64,000 nucleotides of DNA, taken from Klebsormidium nitens (Eukaryota > Plantae > Klebsormidiophyceae). The DNA lies in assembly GCA_000708835.1 (NCBI GenBank), contig DF237044.1:124001-188000 (forward strand). Reading direction: 5' to 3'. The translations under genes were made by a program, and so were the position numbers. The notes under the pieces are model-generated. The model saw only the letters and a program-made list of their open reading frames with translations, did not search any database and was not told where the DNA came from. This document shows positions 11,301 through 23,155 of the stretch, in pieces; position 1 is the first letter of the stretch, and the number at the start of each line of letters is the position of its first letter.

Positions 11301-14300
11301 TTCCTGGTCACACTACAGCGATCCGCTACGTTTTCATCCGGGATGTGGTTCGACAAAGTCCTGAGCCCGCGTTTTCTCCGTGCAGGCAAGACGGGCGTGA
11401 CGAACACGGTCCTGGACGAGATTTACAAGGTGTGGGAGAACCTGGAGGTGGCCAAGCTGAAGGTGCGCGAGGATGCGCTCCACGGCCAGATGCGCGCGCT
11501 GCACAACACTCTCGAGGTTCGCACACCCCTACTCTCTCAGCCCTCATCTCTTTCCTCCTCGCACCTGCGCTTTGGTCTTCCTTCCTTGAGTCCGGACTTT
11601 ACATCAGGTAGTAACGCGCTGCATCCGCATAGCTCGGTAGCTGCGGGCTCTGCACAACTTGCTCAAGGTTCGCACACCTCTTTTCCTGACCCATTATCCG
11701 ACTATGCACCTCATTATCGCCATTTGTTCGGCCTTTTCGTCCAGACTTTCATCTGGTCTTGGTGAACTTTTTCCGAGCGACTTCGTCAGCGCAGGGCTGC
11801 CTCTGAAGCAGCGAGCTCCTAACCTGCAGCATATTGATCAGGTAGAAAGTCAGGAGAAGTATTGACGACAGTTTTAAGCTTTCGAGTCCAAATCATGCAT
11901 TACGTAGTCCATCTGAGCCTCAGCGTTAGACAAAGCCCGTCACTATGTTGCGATTTGCCTTCGAGTTGCCAAGATTGAAAGATTGATGGATGCGTATCCT
12001 CAATGATTCAAAATGCTGTGTAAGTTGGACAGAACTCTGATGGAAATTGGTTCCGCTTCCGCGCCCTTCTTGAAGAGTGATGGCTGGGTAACATCGCTTT
12101 CCCTTCCCTCAGAATGACAGTGGCCTCCTGTTGATCTTGCGGACGAGATAGCCATCCGTCTGCATTTTTTCTTGTGCAATCTCAATGAGGAATTGGAACT
12201 CAAATGGACATGGCCGTTGCGCTTTGCCATCGCTCCTCATGCTGACGTGGCGCCGCTCCTCATGCTGACGTCATCCGCTTCTCGCGCCGACATCATCGCT
12301 TCGTAGTCACAGGAGAAAACTGGCGGGCTGGTGATGCTGCGGACGGGCACCCTTATCCACCTGTAACGGGGACCGGACTACAAGGGCTCCCCGCCGTACC
12401 CGAAACCAACAAGCTGATGTCATACCGATATTATGCTGACGTCACGTTCCTTATGCAGGAGAAAACCGGCGGGCTGGTAATCCTGCGCACTGGCACTTTG
12501 ATCCACCTGTACCGGGGACCGGACTACAAGGGCCCCCCGCCACGATCCAAGATCAATGACATCACGGAAGCGATTGGCGACCAGGACTTGTTTGGAGAGA
12601 GCGACGACCTGGAGGAAGGAGACCTTATGACGCAGTTCGAGGTGGAAGATGGCATCAGTGAGTATCTTCCGCCGACTTTGAGTTCTTTCCGTTTACCATT
12701 GGATTGGGATCGGTGACAGCACGTGTCATGTGCTCTGCTCAATGACATTCCTTCAATTTTGGAAGCTCATGGACAGTGTGGGGATGTCTCAACCCACTGT
12801 TTGCCCAACCTCCGGCCTATTCTAGAAGTCGTTGTCTTTTCCAGCTTCGATCACTCTATTTTGCTTCACGACCTTTTGCCCATGTCGTGGCTTGCAACCT
12901 CGTATGTTATGTGACCTGAGCTAGTACTTTTGGATCTCGTCTACTCCACTTACTGTGTCATCTTCGGTCGCCCCCATCCTGCTGTGCAATCGGACTGAAG
13001 ACGTCTCCCGGTGTGTGTTTCACAGTGGCGCTCATGTCATCGTGTTAACGGCTTTGATGGGTTTCCTCAAATCCAAGTTATCTACCTTCTGCTGAGTTTT
13101 GAAGTATCTTCGATTTTGTTTTAAACTCTGTACTGCCTATTTCCGCTGGAACCCCCACCTGGAGCGGAGGTGGTGGCGGGTTCAAAGGACGTCGCTCCGG
13201 TCGCGCGCAAAGTGGCGCTCGTGTCATCGTTGATTTCCGCTTTACTATGTTTTGTCTAAGTTTTCAAGCATCCGCCGAAATCTAATGTACTTACCGTCCC
13301 TCTTTCCACTCTCGGTTGCCTCAGATCTTTGCTCTGCGGCTCCCAGTTTGCGCGCCATGTGGCGTCATTGCTTAAAGTAGTCCAGACGACATTCCAGAAA
13401 GACACATGCGGAAGGACATGTGGGAAGCCGAATTTTGAACCCGATCCTATCTTTTACCAGCCTCTGTTGCCCCCATTTTGCTCCGCGACCACACGGAGGA
13501 CGTTCCCCAATTTGCGCGCAATTGGCGGTCAGGTCATGATTCTCCGAAGCTTCTTTTACTCCTCTCAAAAAAACATGTTTGGTCCTGAACTCAAGCTACC
13601 CCTTTCTATCCTTCCAGCTTCGGTCGCTCCTATTCTGCTCCGCGACCACACGGAGGACGTCCCCCAGTTTGCGCGCAAGGTGGCGCTCATGTCGGGCGGC
13701 GAGAAGGGCGGCGTGCGCAAGCGCCTGACGGAAAAGCCCGTGCGATGGCTGCCTCCGGGGCAGACCGCCAAGCTGACCAACTTTGAGATGATGATGCTGC
13801 GGCGCAAGGGGAAGCGGATCAAGCCGGCGTTCGTGCTTGGTAAGCGGGTTGAATGAAAGATGCTTAGATTGGAAGGAAAGTTTAAGAGTGAGACAGATTT
13901 AGTTGCTGTTGTGTATCTTTTTAGTGGACTCAGTCGGTTGACCAAATTTGAGATGGCGATGCTGTGGCGCAAGGTGAAGCGAATGAAGCCGGCAATTGTG
14001 CTCGGTAAAGGACTGGTGCTTTGCAGAAGTTCTCGACTTTGGTGTTTTAGTAGGTCGGGAAGATGGATTTTGTTGCATATGCGATGATTTTGAGTACAAG
14101 CTGACCAACTTCGAGATGGTGATGCCGCGGTGTAAGGGGAAGCGGATCAAACCAGCGTTTGTGCTCGGTAAGGGGTTCACTAGGATGACGATTGTTGGCG
14201 GTTCAAAGTTTTAGGTAAAGAGTGAGTGCGTTGGATTCTTAGGGTGCAAGCTGGAATGAAGGGTTTGGTTCATCTTTCCTTTTAAGTTGCGGCAGCGTCC

Positions 14301-17300
14301 AGGTTCCCGGATTGCCGGATTGGTGGGAATGACAATCCGAGTGCTCGAAGATGACCTGAACTTTCAAATGTGCAGAGTTTCGAACTTAAGTATATTTGCG
14401 TGTATGGTTCATTATGAGACGGTCACACGACTTGCACCTCGCTCTGACAGTATTTCATTGAACGTCTGCGGAAATCGTTGAACATCTGCGGGAATCGCGT
14501 CTGATTGCAAACACCTCGCTCCTTTTGTCCTTCGCTTGTGCAGGCTGGTTCGAAATATCTCCACCTTCGTGCACAGAAGTAAATCTGAGGAGTCTGCTCA
14601 GCTTTGCCTATGCTGCTCTGTGCCCATAAGCGCTGTCTATTTTGCTCCCTTATTTTCTTCTACCCCCCGCTTATGCAGGCCAGCAGCGGCGCTTCGACGG
14701 CCTGGCTGCGGCGATCATGGAGTACTGGGAGCGCAACGAGATAGTCAAGATCAGCTGCCGCGCGGTGATCAACGCTAACCTTGAGAGGACGGCCAAGGCC
14801 ATTCAGGTGAGGTCGTTGTGGTCTGAATACATTGGGTGATTTCAATCAGACTCTTCTGCAGTGTCAGATTCTGCTTTGGATTTGAAGTTTTCGTTTTCAG
14901 TTTTCCCGTCAGGTTTTGCCCAGGCAAGTTTAAAACCTTCTGCGGCCGCCCCTTGAGGACTGTTTTGTGATGAGCTATCAAGAATTGACGTTTCGCTCAA
15001 GTTGAAGTCAGAAGGCTTTTTCAGCAACAGTGGCGGAAAGTGTTCTTTGCTTCCTCCTCCAAGACTGTCTGGCGGCTTCTTCTTGTTACATCTTTATGTG
15101 TTGCAGCGAAAACTGGGCATCCGTTTACACGTCCACTTTGGCATCCCTCTTCTTTATGACGTCCTCGAAAGGGGGTGTTATCCTCCTCTTTTACCGCGAT
15201 CAACAGTGAATGTTTAGACAGCCTCTTTTTCTTTAACAGCCTCTGTTTAAACATTCACTTTTGCAGGCTTCCAATCCCGTTTGTTCACATCCTTGATTTT
15301 GGATTTAAGAACCTTCGCATCCACTATGCAGGACATCATCGGGGGGGTCCTTCTCGTCAAAGAAGGCGGTCTCATTCTTTTTACTGTCGCGAAGACTACA
15401 CCAGCGTTCGCTTTCACGTGCCCATCTTCGGCCGTCAATCAGAATACCTAAATTTTGGCACAATTACAATGCAGGACCTCATCGGGGGAGTTCTGCTCGT
15501 CAAAGAGGGCGGCCTCATCTCCATCTACCGCGGCAAAGACTACCTCCCCCTCCGTATCGGCGAGGCCCTACGCCGCTACCAGCAGCGCATGATCGCCGAG
15601 AAAGCCGCCGAGCGGGAACAAGAGTCCGCGGCACTCGAAATTTCGGACGGTGAAACAGTGCCGATGGAAGCGCCGAGCGCGACGTGGGTTGCGGAAGCCG
15701 GCGTTTCCGAGCGGGAGTTTGAGGAGGAGCTGGCGGAAGACGAAAAGGTCGCGAGGGAAGAGCTGAAAGTGGCTGGGGAGGTGGAATCTCTAGAGGTTCC
15801 GGGCGGTTCGGAGGGAGTTGCGAGCGTTTTGGACGCTGTGGAGAGTGGTTCGGACGCCGAGAAGGCGGAGGTTAGCGACGGGGTTAGGGCGTCCGTTAGC
15901 GGAACCAGTTCGGAGGGGGTATCGCCTCTGTTGGAAAAGGTGTTGTCGGCTGAGGAGGGTTTGGTAAGCAGCTCCGGACGGTCCGAATCTGAGGCAGCGT
16001 CCGGAGCGAACGAGACTGTGAAACGGTTGAGGGCGTTGTTGGACGCGACTTCCGGCGAGAGCGCTGCCGATTCGGCCACCGGCGAGTCGGTCGACAACGA
16101 AGAGGAAAACGATGCGGATGCTGTGTCGGACGGTACAGGAGCAGATGCGGACGCTGCAAAGCTGATTTCGGACGCTGCGAGCTCAGTCTTGGACGCTGCC
16201 ATTCAAGATTCGGACGGTGCATTTCTGGATTCGGACGCCACGAGCGCGGATTCGGACGGTGTGAACAAGCCCGCGCCCAAGCTGGTGAAGGATCTGGTGG
16301 TTCTCGACGACGAAGTCCCGCAGGCGCGGATCGATCAGATGCTCGAGGCAGTCGCGGCGTATCGGCGGCGGGACGTCGAGACGCTGACGCCCGAGGAGCG
16401 CGCGGCGCTGCGCAAGAAGGGGCTCGGCGAGCGGCGCTTCCTGCAAGTCGGTGAGTGTTGTCCTTGACATTACGGTGTGTCACTGTTTGTTTGTGTGCCG
16501 GCCCCTTGCTGCACAGTGTGTTGCCCATGTAGAGGCGAGGTTTCCAATAACGCATGGAAATGTGTCAAGCTCATGAGTGTCTGATGCTCGGTCCTGCATA
16601 AAGTTGCTTCTTGAAACCTCAGTCTGCTTCCTACATTCGACCATCCTTCCATTATTGTCTGCAGCTGCCATGCTTGAATGATTTTTCTTTTTGTCGTGGA
16701 TCGTCCATCTTGTACTCGGCTTGACTAGTACTGCTTTGGTCCGCACAGGCTGCTTTCTTACAAGAAAGGATACACACGAATGAAGTCACTTTATCTGCGC
16801 ACCTCCTCTAGTGAAGTACCGTTCTTTCGTCCTCCGTTTCCTTCAAGCCCCAAGCGCTCCTTCTTTTTTACCTGCAGGGCGGCGTGGCGTGTTTTCTGGG
16901 ACGATCCAGAACATCCATCTACACTGGAAGCGCCACGAGCTGTGCAAGGTTAAGTGCACCGGAATCCGGCCGGAGATCGTGCCCATTGTTGCGGAACAGC
17001 TTGCGGTGAGTTGTCTACCTCGTCTTCCAAGAATATCTTTCTTGGCATTCCAATATGGAGGACGGATTCGGAAGGTTGAAAGTTGTTTCGTCAGGTTGAT
17101 GAAGGATGCGTCAGGCCCTGTGCTTTTCAGCACCGTGTAGGGACGTTTGTTTGTCTATCATGGAATGGACTTTCCTACCCTCGCGATGATTCTGACGCAC
17201 GATTGACCGCATCTTTGAAGCCAGGAAGTCGGACGTAGTGATAAAAGCTTGCGGGTGCGGCCAATCCGGAGAAGTAAAAACTTTCTTGGGGCTGTGCATT

Positions 17301-20300
17301 ATTTGTTGTTCAGCACGATCTTTTCGTTGCGCTCTGTCATAGACACCCTTTTCGATTCCCAGGCCCAACGGCCTTGTTTCTAGGTTGAGAGCGGCGGCGC
17401 GCTCTTAGTTTTCCAAGGGGGAGTGTTTATTCTGGTTCATGCTTTAAAGTCTCACACTGTGCGTAAGACGTTTCTTCCAGTGCACATGAAAACCGAATTC
17501 CAAACCCCATCTACCCTTAATCATATCCCCAACCAACGTAAGCGGTCTTCTTATATATCGAGAGCGGCGGCGTTCTCGTTAATCACGTGGGAACGACGAT
17601 TCTGCCTTCGTTGTGGCAAGAAGTACATCGCACCCGGAATCTATCGTCTCCCGTCCACATGCTAATCACACTGTGAACCACTCGACTTTTGAAACCCAGT
17701 TTTGCAAATTCACTGCAAGCTTTATTGTGGCAGGTCGAGAGCGGCGGCGTTCTCGTTGATCACGTGTGCACGACGGTCCTGCTCTATCGCGGCAAGAACT
17801 ACTTTGCCCCGGATATCATCGTCCCTGTCCACATGCTAATCAACCTCAAATCCATCCCTTTTGGAAGCTGAAGTCTGTTTCTGTTAATTCAACACAAAAC
17901 GTTCTGTTGTAGGTGGAATGCGGGGGTGTGCTAGTAGACTACGTAGGGACGACAATCCTGCTCTCTACCGTGGCAAGAACCACATCGCCCCGAAACGATC
18001 TGTCTCTTTATGTGCTGATCAAATCCTGAATATTTTCAACCCTTGTAGATCTGATTTTGCAGTTTCAAAACAAACGGTGTTTCATTGTAGGTAGAGAGCG
18101 GGGGCGCGCTGGTACACTATGGGGCACCACGATTCTGCTCTACCGCGGCAAGAACTACGAGACAATCGTCCCCGTCCACACGCTGAACAGTTTTCAACCC
18201 CCTCGAACGAGCTTTAAACCTGATGAATCCGAAAACCTTGTTCGTAGGTTGAGAGCGGGGGCGTGCTGGTAGACTACGTAGGGACGACGATCCTGCTGTA
18301 CCGCGGCAAGAACTACATCGCCCCCGAGACGATCGTCCCCGTCCACATGCTGAACAAGCAGGAGGCGTTGCGGCGCGCCAAAGCGGAGCAGCGCGCGCAG
18401 TCGCTGCTAGACCTGGAGATTCAGCGACAGGAGGAGCTGGCGAAACAGCGGAAACGCCTCGAGTACAGCCTTAAGGTATTGACTATTTGACCTAGCACGG
18501 TTGATGGGGTTGTTGCTTGAAAGAAGCGTGCTAGAAGAACTAGATTCGTAGGAGCATTCTTTAATGGGCTACCGCCTGACCAGATTAGAAGGGCAGCACC
18601 TGATTGTTAATGCAGTTGCTGGTTTTCTCTCTGACTTACTTCTCCGAAAAAGTTAGAACGGTCTGTGTCTTCTAGTGTCAAGGGTTAACTTCGATGGAAC
18701 GGAACGCCATCGAGCCTTCGCGAGCACTTGCCCCTGAGCTTTTTGCTGTGAGGCCTTTCAGCTGTTGAGAGACTGACCACTTATGTAACCCAAAGTTGAA
18801 TTTGAACTTTTGAGCGTACACGAGGAATTGGTCCAAGCTGGGTGTTTCTGAACCTGGGAAGTGCATGTGCTTGGTTTCGCTTACATATGAGCAGTGGCAT
18901 CGCAGATCGACGGGCATCCAGACCTTATGATTAGTTGTGCTGCGACACTTACCGAGTCCCCTATCGTCACCGCTTTCGCGTCAAGACGCCCTTCTGTCAA
19001 AGCTCTCGCCCTTTGCTGAACTCGTTGCTGCTGCCAAAAGTACTTCCCTGTGACGTCACTTCGGTCTCCTCTGCTGACGTCACACCCTCTGGCGCGCAGC
19101 TGGAGCAGGCGGCCGAGGCCCCCAAGAAGAAGAAGCAGGAATACCCGCTGGCGCCCGGCGTGCGCGAGTATGTCGTTATCCCTGAAGCGGTGGAACTCAA
19201 CACCACCGTCGAAATGGAGCTCCGGAAACAGGTGGGCAGCCAAATCATTTCAAAAATCTATGCAATATACATTCTTGGATGCCCTGCGGTGCGCGAGTAT
19301 GTTGTGATTCCTGAAGCAGTGGAACTAAACACCACCGTAGAAATGGAGCTGCGGAAACAGGTGAGCCCGCGAAAGGATTCCTGGACTTGTATCCCTGGAC
19401 TATATCTGAATTCGCTAGATCTTCAAGCATATGATTGTGAGCAAGTAGGTTGTATCCCCGAAGAACACCACCGTAGAAGTGGGAGCTTCGAAAACAGGTG
19501 AGCAGGCGGTCTGGATAACAGCTGGGGACTGGGCATTGTCAACTTTCTAAAGTTTTGGGGGTTTGTGAGTTTGTGGTGAACCTTGAGACGGTGGAATGGA
19601 TTATAACCATAGGAATGAAGCTTCGCAAACAGGTGCGTCAGGAAAGAGCTCAAGAAACCGGAAGATTCCACTCTTGCAAATCACTGGAGTGCGCGCATTT
19701 GGGGAAGTTTTGCAGGCGGTGACATTGAATTCTTTCGGATGCTCCTTTTATCGACTCAGAAGGTGGTCATCCGGAAACGGGGCGGGCAAACGAGGATGAT
19801 TTTGAGAAAACTTGAAGGTTGAAGGACCCAGATGGGCAAGTTTTCACAGATGACGTGTATGGGTCTTTCGAACTTACAACTCTCACGTCTGACATCCGTC
19901 CGTCCTTTCCGTTCCGTTTGCAGGGTCCGCTCATCCCGAAGGAGCACAACCAGCCGGATCTCCCGGCCTTCTGGCGCGCACCGGACATGTCCCCCCTGCA
20001 GAAGCAGAAGATTGCCCGGATGTCCAAGCAGGAGCGCACCAACGCCTTCCTCGTCGGTGAGTGATGTCATGTTGACGTCATCCCTAAGCCTCTGCCTGTG
20101 TCCGAGCTCGTTACACCTGATCGACGAGTAGCTGCTTAAAAACAGTTGGTTGTTGTTTGCTCCTAGTCCGTGCCATCCTTACAAGCAATTGCTGTCGTTC
20201 TGTGCTCAAATACGAGCTTTTCAAAGAATGCGCGAGTGTGGAATTTCATTTGGGGTCTCCCGTCTTCAATGTTCCTTGCTTTCCTTTCATGTTGCGTTTC

Positions 20301-21510
20301 CTTTTCAACGTCCTCGTCTTACGGCTGACCGTCCGAAACGCCTTTGCTTAAAGACGTGCCAGTAGATCCCGTTCCATTCCGTTCCGTTCTCAAACTTCGC
20401 TTCAATCGTGCAGGCAAGCGCGGAATCACGGAGGGTCTGGGCCTGACCATCCGGCAGCACTTCTACAAGCACGCCTTTGCCAAGGTGTCGCTCAAGCAGC
20501 GGCCGAACGGGATCACCGTCAAGGAGTGCATGATCGAACTAGAGGTGAGACATTTCCTGAAAGAAGCGCGAAGTTGTCAGGTCCTGTCGATGGAGGGGGG
20601 GAAAAGTAGATTCTCTTAGTGGCCCACGGGGAGCTAGACTGTAGTACCGACATGTGTTAGTTGAGATCCCAAGACAAGTTCGCTGTTTTTGATGCCCGTG
20701 CTAAAGTAGGGATATGGTAGACTCAGCTAGCACCGCCTGCCTGCATTGACAGAGGCGTGCGTTTGCATCAAGGAATTGTGTAGCTGGCAAGCAAAAGCTT
20801 CTTGTTGTCCAGCCCCCTGCCTTTTGATGGTCGCAAGGCCCAATCTCAATGCTTTCGGTGAGAACCCATCCATCGCACCCGGCGACAATCGCTGCATTCA
20901 GGGGGACTCTGTAGCAAGCCGACTCGTATCACCAGCCGAGTCCCTTGTTTGGAAGACCTCCAGATTGATTGTTTCTTTCATTCGTCAAAAAATGATTGGG
21001 ATTTTGTCTTTGCAGCGATTGACGGGCGGGGTCTGCGTGTCCAAGGAGCCCACCCGGGTTATCATCTACCGGGGTTGGGAACCGGGCACCGATCCACCGT
21101 GGATTAAGAAGGATCCGGAGACCGGGGCCGTCCTCCTCCCGCGGCGGCCGTTGATCGCGCAAGTTCTCCGAGAGGCCGAAGAAGCTGAAATGGACGATCA
21201 ATCGGAAGAAAAGTCGGACGCGGAAAACGGTGAGGATTGGAAAACGCAAGGGACGAACGTGTACGGTGAGCGGGACGACTTTACTATGGGGACGGACGCA
21301 GACTGGGAGGGAGAAGAAGGGCCAGGGGGGGACGACGATTTCGGGGGAGGGTTTGACGAGGACGAAGTGCCCCCGGTTTTGGGTGAGGAAGATGACGACG
21401 AGAGCGAAGGGGGAAGGAGCGGGGGCGCGGATAAGGGGGCTGCGCTACCCCCCATGTTGTTTGTAGATACCAACGGTGTGGCGCACTCTAGTCTTGAACC
21501 CGCTCCTTGA
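8311..21510 (+). CDS. CFM2: Chloroplast group II intron splicing factor with four CRM domains (CFM2-like), about 1610 aa
   Basis: 13 phase-consistent exons: 8311-10070, 10916-11085, 11386-11516, 12459-12657, 13618-13839, 14679-14806, 15475-16450, 16878-17005, 18248-18475, 19100-19231, 19924-20056, 20414-20544, 21016-21510. CRM hallmarks: [28 protein letters not shown]; [32 protein letters not shown]; [28 protein letters not shown]; [29 protein letters not shown]. Transit-peptide-like N-terminus ending in RRRHLHVCA. The fourth C-terminal CRM domain favours CFM2 over CRS1/CFM3. Confidence 0.88.
10607..10854 (+). repeat. Three intronic degenerate copies of the CFM2 exon-2 acceptor and 5' edge
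   Basis: Copies start at 10612 (ccag|ccttgaggcggaggatctg), 10727 (ccag|ccctgaggtcgaagatttg) and about 10824 (cccgagatgaggatccggaggatgca). The live exon at 10916 reads ccag|ccttgaggtggaagatttggaggaggcg. Confidence 0.75.
12310..12396 (+). repeat. Intronic copy of the CFM2 exon-4 acceptor and first 28 codons, with in-frame TAA
   Basis: cag|GAGAAAACTGGCGGGCTGGTG... matches the exon at 12459; TAC is replaced by TAA at 12364-12366. Confidence 0.9.
12962..13535 (+). repeat. Four intronic copies of the CFM2 exon-5 5' edge
   Basis: The shared anchor (g)tggcg(c)tc occurs near 13025, 13212, 13359 and 13522, and in the live exon at 13680. The nearest copy (13461-13532) keeps its cag acceptor. Confidence 0.85.
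13936..14172 (+). repeat. Two intronic copies of the CFM2 exon-5 3' edge and donor
   Basis: [24 protein letters not shown]|gtaaag ends at 14004 and [24 protein letters not shown]|gtaagg ends at 14167. The live [24 protein letters not shown]|gtaagc ends at 13839. Confidence 0.9.
15158..15402 (+). repeat. One clear and one faint intronic copy of the CFM2 exon-7 5' edge
   Basis: atgcag|GACATCATCGGGGGGGTCCTTCTCGTCAAAGAAGGCGGT at 15332 matches the exon at 15475. A fainter copy (gggggtgttatcctcctcttttaccgcgat) lies near 15171-15200. Confidence 0.8.
17095..18190 (+). repeat. Five clear copies plus one faint copy of the CFM2 exon-9 acceptor and 5' half
   Basis: VESGG-type starts at 17384, 17557, 17734, 17913 and 18091, with a faint one near 17095. 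Live exon at 18248. Confidence 0.92.
19289..19780 (+). repeat. Four intronic copies of the CFM2 exon-10 3' edge and donor
   Basis: ...AAACAG|GTG ends at 19360, 19497 and 19632, with a degenerate one near 19779. The live donor follows 19231. Confidence 0.92.
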
Positions 21511-23155
21511 GTCAAGTTGATTCGAGGAGGGACCTTGGAAAGAGCAAGCGGACGAGAATTGTCGGACCGGTTTTGTCGAGCAGGCTGGTGAGAGCATTGG
21601 TGCGAAAATTGTGATTGCGAACTGCGCAGTCGTCTGCGAACCTTGATTGGCAGGGGCTACACGCAACATTATGAGTTGATCTACGGAAGCCAGGGCTTGA
21701 CTTTGCTTCGACATTCAAATTGCCTAGCTCGACGGAGGGTGGAGTGATTGATGATATACGGTTCACGAATCTCCTATATTGCTGGCAAGGATCCGGAGGC
21801 ACCAATGACAAGTCGATCACAACGTCTTCAATGCATTAGCTGAATATAGCGTCAGTGGCAGTGGGACTCCGACCGGAGGCCGGTGCCAGATCGGGTCATA
21901 TGGCTTTTGTGCGAGTGCGCGTGCACGTGCTTTGCATCAATGATAACCCTTGCGGCATGCATGCTTGATGCCATGGACGGTTGATGTAATTAATCACCGT
22001 CTGCTATTCGCGACCATGTGCATTTTATGATTGAAGCTAGATTGCCATCATGTGGTATTTGATCCCCGAGCGCGTCATACAGCGGCAGCATGATTTACAA
22101 AAGGATCGCTGATTGCCTGAGAGTTCGACCGCAGCTGCATACGCCGCTTACTCTCGCTGTGCCGCACCATGAGTGAACTAGACTTTGCTGGCCGCGATTA
22201 GAAAGTACCCGACATGATGATCTATGAGCTGTTTAGGTGCCGCAGTGCCATGCATGGTGCCCGGGCAGCATGTGGAAGTGCTGTGAGGTCACGGTGGTAC
22301 TAACTTAAGCGCCTCAAATCTACTCAACTTACCGGAGCTGCGGCTAGCTAGCTGAGACTAGGCTAGGCTAGGCGCCTTGATTAGATTGAAGCACGTACCT
22401 GAATCTATGCAAGGCCGGGCTGGATACCCTTGGCGGCTCCTAATTAAGAGGCCCGTGTGTACGTGCCCGGCCAATTGCCGCAGGCCGACTTGACGGAACA
22501 GCCGGCGGCTGTTCCGGTTCGTTCATCCAGGCACGCGGCAACATATATGCAGCAAAAGCGCACTGCATGATGTTTGACGAAACAAGTAAATTGAACCCTT
22601 TGAAGCTGCGGACCAAAACTGCCATAGGTATGCCGCCTTGTACGCTATTTAGCGCTATTTGACCCATGCACCGTCTATCGATTGGACGGCGTGAGCGCGT
22701 AGATAAAGCTGATCTCAATGTGATGAGTGACGCTTAGCCGGGTGTCCATTCGAAGCCGGACCGTCCCCCACACAGGTTCAATGAGTCGGCTTCGCCTGAG
22801 CTTCGCTGACCATGCGTTACCAATCCACCTCAACAATTTGCAGCAGTGTTGCTGACAAGCGGTCTGCCGGTGGAAGCTTGCGCTGCAGCGGTTGAACAAA
22901 TGTTGACGGTCATCACCAGCTCGTATCATTCATTGACCCGTGATCGAGCCACTACCATTAGCTCCTCAGAGACGTTCTAGTCATCATGAACGTTCATGAA
23001 GTAGTTACTCTGACACGAGGGTAGTTAGAAGACCTGCGTTTTGTCAAGCGTCAATCATCTTACGTAACAAAAGGGCAGGGAGGTTTTTATGACTTGGCCC
23101 AGTCGGCCGGCAGATGCTAAGGTGCTGGTCGCAAAATCCAACTAGGCCGCCTGGG

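Noticed and set aside
15576-16555. Long minus-strand ORFs (208 and 219 aa); likewise 9036-10131, 51115-51729 and 59930-60577
   Set aside because: They are antisense shadows of GC-rich real exons, with low-complexity translations and no family motifs.
17095-18355. CRISPR-like repeat-spacer appearance of the ladders
   Set aside because: The repeats are long, degenerate and derived from the adjacent exon, the context is a eukaryotic intron, and no cas genes are present.
20225-20262. Faint echo of CFM2 exon 12 (gcgagtgtggaatt vs gcaagcgcggaatc); a similar faint candidate lies near 52510-52590
   Set aside because: Too short and diverged to distinguish from chance by eye.
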